Shown here: piece after piece, positions 49,613-58,028 of the stretch | How positions within the stretch are numbered: the stretch's first letter is position 1 | Layout of the letters: each line of letters begins with the position of its first letter | Assembly: GCA_902512585.1 (NCBI GenBank) | Contig: CABXJW010000001.1 | Location: 8,300 to 72,299, forward strand | Origin: an uncultured Woeseiaceae bacterium | GTDB taxonomy: Bacteria; Pseudomonadota; Gammaproteobacteria; Steroidobacterales; Woeseiaceae | DNA length: 64,000 nucleotides | Direction of reading: 5' to 3' | The notes under the pieces: generated by a model | Seen by the model: only the letters and a program-made list of their open reading frames with translations | The model's database searches: none | What the model was told of the DNA's origin: nothing | Made by a program: the position numbers and the translations under genes

Positions 49613-50389
49613 TTATTGATTATTTGATTTATAAGCACTGATCATCAAGTATGCACCTACGAGTATCATTGGCATGGTGAGTATTTGACCCATCGTTACC
49701 CATCCCAACGCTAAATAATCAAGATGCGCATCAGGTACACGATAGAACTCAATAAAAAATCTAAACAGACCATAACCCACTAAAAATAGGCCTGAAACTG
49801 CCATTTTTGGGCGTTTTATTTGTGAATACAGCCATATGATCCAAAAAAGTATAAAACCTTCTAATAACGCCTCATAGAGTTGCGAGGGGTGCAACGAAAC
49901 ACCATTGACAATGAATCCCCATGGCATCTCTGTTGGCTTGCCCCAGAGCTCGCCATTGATAAAGTTTCCAATCCGTCCAAAACCCAAACCTAATGGAACA
50001 AGTGGAGCCACAAAATCTGTCATAACCCAGAGATCATGTTCTAGTTTTCTACCATACAGCCATACAGCGACCATCACCCCAACCAGCCCACCATGAAATG
50101 ACATTCCACCTTGTGTGATTTTGAATAAATATAATGGATCGACCATCAGTTGTTGCCATCCATAGAAAAAAACATAACCCAAACGCCCACCCAAAATCAC
50201 ACCAAGCATGGCATAGAAAATTAGATCTTCAACTTGTGGTTTCGTAATTGGTGACCAGGCTTGTTGACTCCTTTTATTAGCAAGTAATAGAGCCACAATA
50301 AAACCAAATAAGTACATAAGCCCATACCATCGAACTTTCAGGAAGCCGATAGAAAATATTATGGGATCAATTTCAGGGTAAATAAACAC
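49613..50389 (-). CDS. lgt: Phosphatidylglycerol-prolipoprotein diacylglyceryl transferase
   Basis: Polytopic. RWYGLMY, GGMSFHGGL, GRIGNFINGELWG and HPSQLYE motifs. Confidence 0.9.
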   Translation of the reverse strand: MFIYPEIDPIIFSIGFLKVRWYGLMYLFGFIVALLLANKRSQQAWSPITKPQVEDLIFYAMLGVILGGRLGYVFFYGWQQLMVDPLYLFKITQGGMSFHGGLVGVMVAVWLYGRKLEHDLWVMTDFVAPLVPLGLGFGRIGNFINGELWGKPTEMPWGFIVNGVSLHPSQLYEALLEGFILFWIIWLYSQIKRPKMAVSGLFLVGYGLFRFFIEFYRVPDAHLDYLALGWVTMGQILTMPMILVGAYLMISAYKSNNQ

Positions 50390-50464
50390 TAGTCAAGCTT
50401 GCAGAAATGCACCTCTGATGTCCAGTCAAAAACATAAAATTTATAGGTTTTTATGCCAAAAAAA

Positions 50465-50501
50465 AAGATCTGCATGACACCCATACAGATCTTCTTTTTT
50501 C
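50465..50501. terminator. Strong rho-independent terminator (bidirectional form) downstream of the 1215-aa gene
   Basis: AAGATCTG (50465-72) / CAGATCTT (50486-93) is a perfect 8-bp stem with a 13-nt loop. It is flanked by an A-run upstream and a CTTTTTTC tract downstream, so on the minus strand the stem is followed by T9. Confidence 0.7.
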
Positions 50502-50521
50502 TATATTAACTTAAGTTAAAG

Positions 50522-53500
50522 TTAATCTAATGTAGCAACAACCTCACCATGAATTACTGATGGTTTTCCATCATTGAATAAACCAGTAGTCGGTATAAGA
50601 CCGATTGAGCCGGCATTATCCTCGCCATTCATGTCCTTTGGTCCAAGCATCTGGATATCACTAAATGGTGGCAAATCTTCCGCAGTCTTGGAATAGCTTA
50701 ACGTACCGAGTGCCGCATCCTTTTTGGCCAACCATTGTTCACCCTCTAATGCTTTCACTTTATAGGTGGTATCCGAGCCTTTTTTGGTTAACACAGGATC
50801 AACACCATTATATGCTTCAATTGCAAAGCGTTGTACATAGCGTAAGTTATCATTCCATTCTCCATCATAAAATTCACCTAATGCTTCACCGGTAAGCACA
50901 TTGATTACTTGACCTGGTATACCCCAGAGCTCACCAAAACCACCGAACTCAAGTCTTACGTTCTTGCCGGCATCTTTTGTATAAGCGGTTGCATCATCTG
51001 GCACTGCATAGTAAAGAGTTTCTGGTCTCGCGAAATTCACATAATTGCCAGTGGCTGTATCTTTAGCATATTTCTTTCTTTGCCATTCTGACGCACCAAA
51101 CTCAAGCTCATACCAAGTGGTCGGACCTGTCCCTTCCCAAAAGGCATCCTCACAATAACGTGTTGCATTAGCACTAAAGACCGGATGCGTATCACGATAT
51201 TTATTGGTATCACTTAACGGTTTGGAATTATCAGACCGATTGCATTCTAATTTTGCTAATTCAGTAGCAATTTCAGCATCTGTTCCACCCAGCATTCGGC
51301 CTGTACGAATTCCCCAGGCCAATTCTTCAGTATAATATTCCTGAGGAATATTCTTGAAATTTGCTGTGCTGACATCGTTTTCTGTGATAGTGCTAGCAAA
51401 GCCCATGACATTACCTGACCCATCTTTAATACCCAAACCATCTGGAGTATAAGTCACGACATCTGTGGCTAAAATCCCAGGATAATGATATCCCTGTTGA
51501 TCTCCTGACTTAACATACTGCACAGTCGTTGGTATATGGGGGCTCACCACGGTACCAGGACTCCCATTAAGTGCTTTTGCCGCATCCGCAGTCGCATTTA
51601 TCGTAGCTGCACTGGTGCAGAAAAAGACACATTTGAATTTCGCTGGATACTCAGAAGGAGTTAATTCTTGGCGAGACTCAACCTGAATACCATAAGTTGC
51701 GGTATTATCTGTTGGATTTTGGAAAGTTTCAGTTGGGATATCATAGCCATTGCCGGTATCCGGTGACCAAGCCCAAAATCCACGTTCTTCCGTCCAAGCA
51801 TCTGCTGCATTTGCATCAGGTGCTGATTTCACCGTCAAGGTAACTCCGAAAGCATCCGCCGCATCTGATTGACTTTCAGCGGTATAAACATCCAAAGCAC
51901 CAAAATCAATATTGACATTCACCTGCTGTCCATCAGTAAAGAAGCTCGCAAATGAGGCTGTCATTGATTTTAGATCTTTTAAGATCGAGTTAAATTGAAC
52001 CTCAAATGCCGCATCGCCATCACTATTCATTGTGAAGGTTTCTGAGATAGCTTGTGTCAAGTTGACACTCACATTTGCAGCAGTACCGCCATCGTTATAA
52101 ATTCCACTGATAGTCGTTCCTTGCGCAATTGACATAGTCATAGCTGAGCCAGTTGATGACCAGGTGAATGGAAGAGTAAATGTGACTTGATCTTCTGTGC
52201 CACTTCGCGTGCTATCATCACCATGGGTTAATTTTACCGCGATATTGGTAGAACCAGAGCCACCACTATCTGGCAGGTTACCAAAATAACCCTTAACTTT
52301 AATAGGTCTGGCATTCGCTGTACCGTTAATTAATCCCAGGAGATTTTCAAGATCAATACCGGGTGCATCTCCAGTATCCTTACCCCATGGATAACCACCA
52401 AATGTTCCACTATTGACACCACCTAACCACCAGTACTGCACGTTTTCAGCCGCACTCGCACTCAGTGTATCACCTTGTAGATAATCTGTGACTTTGATCC
52501 GCCAGGTATTAAGTTGTAAACCATTCATCGCCGGTTGTACTTGCGTATAGGGATCCTCATAGGTCACTGACATTGCCGCTAAGTATTCGGTATTAGTGAA
52601 CGTAATCGGTGTGCCTAATGTGGTTTCATTCCAACCACTGGACCAATCAATGGACTTAGTAAAGGTCCAGGTTGCATTGGCTTTACTATAACTACCTTCA
52701 TACTCACGCTCAGCCGCAGGAAAACCAAGACTTTGATAAGCACTTCCCCATCGATCATCATTCCCGTTGATCCAGCTTACCATGGTCAATTTATCTAAAT
52801 CATTTAAAGCAAGATAACTCTTAGTATATTTAGTGACTCGCTGGTTAGCAGCAGCAATTTTGATTTGTAACGCAGGACCTGTCTCACCAGCAAACTGCTC
52901 TTTCGTCCAAACCGTATCAGCATCCCATAGACCTGGATTTTCCCAATCATCCACATAGATATTCCAGTAATCTGCCCAGCCAAATAGCTCGACATCATTG
53001 CCATCCGCATCTTCAACTGTGGCATTCATCGGGAATGCCGCTTGGCCAGATAACGTGGCTCTGGTCCCATCCACATTATAAACGCCATAGCGGTGAATAT
53101 TTTTCTGAGCATCAGAGTCCTTCAATGAATAACAAGTCTCATCAGTAGTCAGGCCAGAATTTGAATCAGGCAAAGTTACCGCTGTGCTGCCTGGTATAAA
53201 AAAGCCTTCCGCACTCATACTTGAATCTTCAAAATCCAATGTTGCAGCTGAAATTACTTTACTGCAATAGACCGCAGCATCACCATTATCGATTGAAAAT
53301 CCAGACATAACTTCCATTTCAACCCATTCCTGATTAGGGTAAGATCCCACCTCATAACCAGTAGTATCCACTGTAACCCCTTCAATCTTGTCGCCTGAAT
53401 AAGATAATACAGTTCTTAAGGGCGCATCATTCATACGATAATCAACATAGGTAATTTGTCCACCTGAGGCTTTGATCCTGGCCCCACCTGCTGAATTTCC

Positions 53501-54169
53501 AGCTAGCATCAAACACCCTGCTTCTAATTTATCTTCGGTACTGCCTGGAAACTCTGGGCCACACATATCTTGATTTTCACCCAGCGCGAATGACATTTGC
53601 ATATCAAATAAACCAAACTGAGAAGTCGCCGATGGCGGTGATGTAGTCGTCATTTTAATGTAAACCGTTATGGCTGGTGAATAAGCATCTGTCATTGTCG
53701 CTAACATCGCTGGCGACATATCCTTTGCCCAATCTTCCAATTCTGGCGCCAATTCAACCCAAGCATTAGCAATTTGTGGTGAACTATTATTAGCACGGGT
53801 TACGTTTGCATAGGCCACTGTGACTGTTTTCGCAGTACTGCCGGTAGTTCCCGATTCAGATTTTTTTGTGCTTTGTGCACTTTGTGCCGATTTTGGTTTT
53901 GCTGCTGCTGCATCCGATGAACTCGTATCAGCTGATTTGCAGTCATCCTCATACAGAGAGATTTTATAAGGACCGCGATTAACCATTTCAGCAAAGCCCA
54001 TAGCATTCATCATACACATAATGAAATTGACCTCTTCTAGGGCATCATTAGCGGCATTATCAGAGACGAAAAAATCCACTGTATCTGATTCATAAGCAGT
54101 CTGCGCATTAAGTGAAAACGGTAGCCACACTATTAACATTAAAAATATATTTCGTACTAAATTACTCAT
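50522..54169 (-). CDS. Large (1215 aa) secreted protein of unknown function
   Basis: Uninterrupted ORF with AAGAGAG RBS. Sec signal peptide (IVWLPFSLNA/QT). Ser/Ala/Lys-rich linker at aa 79-115. The remainder is acidic and T/S/G/D/N/W-rich with scattered Cys. I recognise no catalytic or sorting motif. Confidence 0.7.
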   Translation of the reverse strand: MSNLVRNIFLMLIVWLPFSLNAQTAYESDTVDFFVSDNAANDALEEVNFIMCMMNAMGFAEMVNRGPYKISLYEDDCKSADTSSSDAAAAKPKSAQSAQSTKKSESGTTGSTAKTVTVAYANVTRANNSSPQIANAWVELAPELEDWAKDMSPAMLATMTDAYSPAITVYIKMTTTSPPSATSQFGLFDMQMSFALGENQDMCGPEFPGSTEDKLEAGCLMLAGNSAGGARIKASGGQITYVDYRMNDAPLRTVLSYSGDKIEGVTVDTTGYEVGSYPNQEWVEMEVMSGFSIDNGDAAVYCSKVISAATLDFEDSSMSAEGFFIPGSTAVTLPDSNSGLTTDETCYSLKDSDAQKNIHRYGVYNVDGTRATLSGQAAFPMNATVEDADGNDVELFGWADYWNIYVDDWENPGLWDADTVWTKEQFAGETGPALQIKIAAANQRVTKYTKSYLALNDLDKLTMVSWINGNDDRWGSAYQSLGFPAAEREYEGSYSKANATWTFTKSIDWSSGWNETTLGTPITFTNTEYLAAMSVTYEDPYTQVQPAMNGLQLNTWRIKVTDYLQGDTLSASAAENVQYWWLGGVNSGTFGGYPWGKDTGDAPGIDLENLLGLINGTANARPIKVKGYFGNLPDSGGSGSTNIAVKLTHGDDSTRSGTEDQVTFTLPFTWSSTGSAMTMSIAQGTTISGIYNDGGTAANVSVNLTQAISETFTMNSDGDAAFEVQFNSILKDLKSMTASFASFFTDGQQVNVNIDFGALDVYTAESQSDAADAFGVTLTVKSAPDANAADAWTEERGFWAWSPDTGNGYDIPTETFQNPTDNTATYGIQVESRQELTPSEYPAKFKCVFFCTSAATINATADAAKALNGSPGTVVSPHIPTTVQYVKSGDQQGYHYPGILATDVVTYTPDGLGIKDGSGNVMGFASTITENDVSTANFKNIPQEYYTEELAWGIRTGRMLGGTDAEIATELAKLECNRSDNSKPLSDTNKYRDTHPVFSANATRYCEDAFWEGTGPTTWYELEFGASEWQRKKYAKDTATGNYVNFARPETLYYAVPDDATAYTKDAGKNVRLEFGGFGELWGIPGQVINVLTGEALGEFYDGEWNDNLRYVQRFAIEAYNGVDPVLTKKGSDTTYKVKALEGEQWLAKKDAALGTLSYSKTAEDLPPFSDIQMLGPKDMNGEDNAGSIGLIPTTGLFNDGKPSVIHGEVVATLD

Positions 54170-54229
54170 AATTGACTCTCTTTGTTATCTTTTTCTTTTT
54201 TTAATCTTTGGTTTAAAATTTCTAAGAAT

Positions 54230-54499
54230 CTAGAGATCTTCTCTGGTTCTTACCACATCCATCTCTTTTGGTACTGCCAATCCCGAAATCGCTGGGGCAG
54301 CAGGTGGTGTTGCAGGTGGTGTTGCTGGAGGTGTTGCAGGAGGTGTTACAGGAGTTCCACCTTGTGGAGCTGGAGTTGCAGCTTCACCACCGCCACCGCC
54401 ACCGCCACATGCAGCGATAACAAACACCAATAGGCCAAGGGCCCATACTTTACTCTTTAAAAAACCACGTAACCAAACACCTTTAACTCGATCAACCAT
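54230..54499 (-). CDS. Mini-lipoprotein with Gly7 run and (PPAT)4 repeat linker
   Basis: 89 aa. Basic n-region, hydrophobic core, lipobox VFVIAAC. The mature part is G7-EAATPAPQGGTPVT-(PPAT)4-PAAPAISGLAVPKEMDVVRTREDL. Lies directly upstream of, and co-oriented with, the 1215-aa gene. Confidence 0.6.
   Translation of the reverse strand: MVDRVKGVWLRGFLKSKVWALGLLVFVIAACGGGGGGGEAATPAPQGGTPVTPPATPPATPPATPPAAPAISGLAVPKEMDVVRTREDL
54302..54349 (-). repeat. Four tandem 12-nt units encoding PPAT
   Basis: aggtggtgttgc / aggtggtgttgc / tggaggtgttgc / aggaggtgttac on the plus strand. A (caccgc)n tract encoding Gly7 follows at about 54386-54406. Confidence 0.85.
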
Positions 54500-54687
54500 C
54501 TCTAACTCTCCAAAAAAAATTTTTAAAACTGATATTTGTGTATTTCAATTTTAAAATTTAGACTAATTCTAATAAATTTATTAACTTATAACGTAAACCT
54601 ACCATTTACAACTTACACCTTTTGTTTGTTTGTTTCAAATTCAGCTAAACTCTTATAAAATTAATATTTTAAAATCTAAAAAAACTC

Positions 54688-56766
54688 ATGCACTCCAACC
54701 AACTGCACAAAGAAACCAGTCCTTATTTATTACAGCACAGTAATAATCCAGTAAATTGGTTACCGTGGAATGAAAAAAGCTTAAAAAAGGCGCTTGCCTT
54801 AAATAAGCCTATTCTGCTCTCTATTGGTTATTCGGCATGTCATTGGTGCCATGTAATGGCACATGAATCATTTGCTAATCCAGCGATAGCAGAAATAATG
54901 AACAAACTTTTCATCAATATTAAAATTGATCGCGAGGAGCGTCCTGATATTGATCAGATCTATCAGACTGCCCATCAAATTCTCACTCAGAGAACTGGTG
55001 GCTGGCCATTGACAATGTTCCTTGATCCGAAAACTCACCGACCTTTCTTTGGTGGCACGTATTTTCCTAATGAAGCTCGACATGGGATGCCAGCTTTTCC
55101 TGATCTAATCGAAAAAGTAGCCACTTACTACAATAACGAACAAGATGCCATTAGAGATCAAGGCAAAAAACTCAATGAGATCTTTAATAATTTAATGCCA
55201 AAAAATAATAATAAAATTATTGATGCTAAACCATTAAAAATAGTCAGAAATGAAATCGAAGCAAGTTTTGATAAGAAATATGGTGGCATCGGTATGGCAC
55301 CGAAATTCCCTCAAACTACTATTCTAGATAGTCTCTTACGTCATTGGCGAAAAACAGCATTCCAAATCGAACCAGATATTGAGGCTTTATTTTTATCTAC
55401 TCTGACTCTAACACGGATGGCTGAAGGTGGAATATATGATCAACTCGGGTGCGGTTTTTATCGCTATAGTGTGGATCAAAAATGGCAAATACCGCACTTT
55501 GAGAAAATGCTATATGACAATGGCCTGCTTCTGACTTTATATACCCATGCCTATTTAGCCACCGGTGATGAGTTATTTAAAAAAATCAGTGAAGAGACGG
55601 CTGCCTGGATATTAAATGATATGCAAGCCGCCGATGGTGGCTTTTATTCAACCTTGAATGCTGATTCAGAGGGATCTGAAGGAACTTACTATATTTGGGA
55701 TAATAATGAAATTGAAGCAGCCATAAAAAAAACAGACTTACCTTTAATCAGGGAGTATTTTGGCTTAGATAAAATAGCTAACTTTGAAAATAAATGGCAT
55801 CTCACAATTCAAACAAATGTAGAAACTTTAGCTAGGAAATTTAACTTAACTATTGCTCAAGTGAATACCATCATTCTTGAAGCTAAAAGCAGTTTAAAAA
55901 AAGAACGTAAGCAGCGTATTTTACCTTCACTGGATGATAAACAACTAACCGCTTGGAATGCCCTTGCTATAAAAGGTTTAGCTATTGCATCACGGGCATT
56001 CAGCAGAAAAGATATTATTGAAGAAAATAGCAAAGCCATCAATTTCATTAAAGATAATCATATGCACAATAATAGATTGATGGCTAGCTATAAAAAAGGA
56101 GAAGCTAAATTCTCAGCTTATCTTGATGATTATGCCTACCTTTTGGATGCATTGGTTGAGTCACTACAAACTCACTGGGATACTCAACATTTGGCTTTTG
56201 CAATTGAGTTAGCTGATCAGTTATTGGAATATTTTTATGATGAGATTGATGGGGCTTTCTTTTTTACCGCAAAAGATCATGAACAATTAATTTATAGACC
56301 AAAACCAATGACTGATGATGCAACTCCCTCTGGTAATGGCATTGCGAGTTTTGCCCTGCAAAGATTAGGTTGGCTACTCGGTGAAAGTAAATATTTAACT
56401 GCCGCTGAATCTACTATTAAATGCGCTTGGGACATGCTGACAACAGCACCACACGGTCATACATCACTGATCCATACGCTTGATGATTTTCTTGATCCGC
56501 CAGAAATAATCATCATAAGAGGGGATGTGAAATTGATCTCGGAATGGCAAGAGGCAACGAGGAAGATTTACGCACCGAAAAGGTTAGTATTCGCTATCCC
56601 TGACACTGAAAAATCATTACCACTATATTTAAACAGCCGCATACCAATAAAAGACAAAATAGTTGCTTATCTGTGCCAAGGAAGTCAGTGCTCACCACCC
56701 ATTACTTCATTTGAGGCTCTCATTAAACTTATTACTGAGTCACCGATACATCAACCAAAAGGCTGA
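54688..56766 (+). CDS. Thioredoxin-domain protein of the YyaL/DUF255 (SSP411-like) family
   Basis: 692 aa. [35 protein letters not shown] and [13 protein letters not shown]-terminal motifs, followed by an (alpha/alpha)6-like domain. Confidence 0.85.
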   Translation: MHSNQLHKETSPYLLQHSNNPVNWLPWNEKSLKKALALNKPILLSIGYSACHWCHVMAHESFANPAIAEIMNKLFINIKIDREERPDIDQIYQTAHQILTQRTGGWPLTMFLDPKTHRPFFGGTYFPNEARHGMPAFPDLIEKVATYYNNEQDAIRDQGKKLNEIFNNLMPKNNNKIIDAKPLKIVRNEIEASFDKKYGGIGMAPKFPQTTILDSLLRHWRKTAFQIEPDIEALFLSTLTLTRMAEGGIYDQLGCGFYRYSVDQKWQIPHFEKMLYDNGLLLTLYTHAYLATGDELFKKISEETAAWILNDMQAADGGFYSTLNADSEGSEGTYYIWDNNEIEAAIKKTDLPLIREYFGLDKIANFENKWHLTIQTNVETLARKFNLTIAQVNTIILEAKSSLKKERKQRILPSLDDKQLTAWNALAIKGLAIASRAFSRKDIIEENSKAINFIKDNHMHNNRLMASYKKGEAKFSAYLDDYAYLLDALVESLQTHWDTQHLAFAIELADQLLEYFYDEIDGAFFFTAKDHEQLIYRPKPMTDDATPSGNGIASFALQRLGWLLGESKYLTAAESTIKCAWDMLTTAPHGHTSLIHTLDDFLDPPEIIIIRGDVKLISEWQEATRKIYAPKRLVFAIPDTEKSLPLYLNSRIPIKDKIVAYLCQGSQCSPPITSFEALIKLITESPIHQPKG

Positions 56767-58010
56767 TCAATTGAGGCAGAAAAGTCCGTAAATAGTTTTG
56801 GTCCAGTTTCAGTCATATACAAACAGTCCTCTAACCGAACGCCGAATTCACCAAAAAGATAAATTCCTGGCTCATTAGAAAAGCACATACCAGGGGCTAA
56901 CTTAGTCGACTCACCTCGCACAAAATTAATTGGCTCATGTCCATCAATCCCAATACCATGCCCCAAGCGATGTGATAGACCTGGAGTCTGATAATCGGGT
57001 CCGTATCCGAGTTTAGTGTAAAAAGCCCTTACCACATCATCAATTTTACCTGCAGGTACTCCAACTTGAGCTGTTTCTAGAGCTAACTCCTGCCCTTGTT
57101 TTACAGTATTCCAGACTTGGCGTTGTTTTTTTGTAGGCTCACCAAAGACCCAAGAACGGGAAATATCTGATTCATAATCATGCACAGAGCATCCGCAATC
57201 CATTAAGATCATACCGCCCTCTTTTACTTGCTGGGGTTGTTTGGTGCCATGTGGATAAGCGCTGGCTTCATTTAATAATACTCCGGAAAACTGGACCGCA
57301 CCACCAAGCAACTGTGTAGCCTCACTCATCATAGACCCAATCTCCTGCGGACTCATATTTAAATGAATATTTTTGTATACGTAACGATAAGCTTCAAGCG
57401 TTATATCATTGGCTAATTGCATTAAAGCAAGTTCATTAGTTGATTTAAACATGCGGCAACCACGAGTAATATCTTTACCAGATACCAGTTCTGTTGTTGT
57501 AGTCATTCTAGCGATACCATCAACGATAAAATGACGTACCGTTTCTTCAATCGCTAATTTACCTCGCTTAATATCTCGGTCCTTTAAGATATCAACGACT
57601 ATTTTGAATGGATCTTCATGCTCATGCCAAGTTCTTACTTCAGCTTCAAATGCCATACTCTCTCTAACAGAGGGCTCTTCAAAATAGGGAGTAACAAAAG
57701 CAATATCACCTACTCTGGGAATAATCGCACCAGTGAATCGCTCTGAACGTCGCCACTTGACACCTGTAAAATAAATAAGTGCTGATCCCGCCTCTAATAG
57801 CAGTGCATCAATATTGTGAGTTTTCATTAATGATTGTGCTTTCAGGATGCGGGCTTTGCGCTCAGCCCCCGTGATTGGTTTGGCTTTTTGAGTCATATTT
57901 CTTAATGAAGTTATACTGTTAGTTTCACTGATAGCATTATAACCAATTGCTGGAGTTAACGATCCCATGGTCAGGGCTGTAGTAGCTTTTAAAAAGGATC
58001 TTTTATTCAT
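56751..58010 (-). CDS. M24-family Xaa-Pro peptidase with a twin-arginine-like (KR) export signal
   Basis: Creatinase/prolidase N-domain plus pita-bread fold with metal ligands ([35 protein letters not shown]). The N-terminus [17 protein letters not shown] resembles the Tat consensus. Confidence 0.8.
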   Translation of the reverse strand: MNKRSFLKATTALTMGSLTPAIGYNAISETNSITSLRNMTQKAKPITGAERKARILKAQSLMKTHNIDALLLEAGSALIYFTGVKWRRSERFTGAIIPRVGDIAFVTPYFEEPSVRESMAFEAEVRTWHEHEDPFKIVVDILKDRDIKRGKLAIEETVRHFIVDGIARMTTTTELVSGKDITRGCRMFKSTNELALMQLANDITLEAYRYVYKNIHLNMSPQEIGSMMSEATQLLGGAVQFSGVLLNEASAYPHGTKQPQQVKEGGMILMDCGCSVHDYESDISRSWVFGEPTKKQRQVWNTVKQGQELALETAQVGVPAGKIDDVVRAFYTKLGYGPDYQTPGLSHRLGHGIGIDGHEPINFVRGESTKLAPGMCFSNEPGIYLFGEFGVRLEDCLYMTETGPKLFTDFSASIDQPFG

Positions 58011-58028
58011 AATTTAACCTTATCTATG

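Noticed and set aside
50522-54169. Higher G+C of the 1215-aa gene as evidence for horizontal transfer. My hand counts of two 120-nt samples gave about 41% and 46%, against about 32% in an lptD sample
   Set aside because: A similar hand count at the thiolase 3' end also gave about 50%. In this genome local G+C tracks amino-acid composition (Gly/Ala/Thr/Asp-rich proteins). Composition alone is not evidence of foreign origin. A proper codon-usage or tetranucleotide analysis would be needed.
54170-54229. Possibility that the mini-lipoprotein and the 1215-aa ORF are one gene split by a read-through stop, a frameshift or a sequencing error (they are in the same frame)
   Set aside because: Two in-frame stops (TAG at 54230-32 and TAA about 45 nt later) separate them. 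The large ORF has its own RBS (AAGAGAG) and a complete Sec signal peptide, so I treat them as two genes. An ancestral fission cannot be excluded.
54182-54433. 83-aa Cys/Arg/Trp-rich plus-strand ORF (CCRWCCWRCCRRC...)
   Set aside because: It is the antisense reading of the (PPAT)4 and Gly7 repeats of the mini-lipoprotein gene. The odd composition is a repeat artefact. It has a TTG-type start and no RBS.
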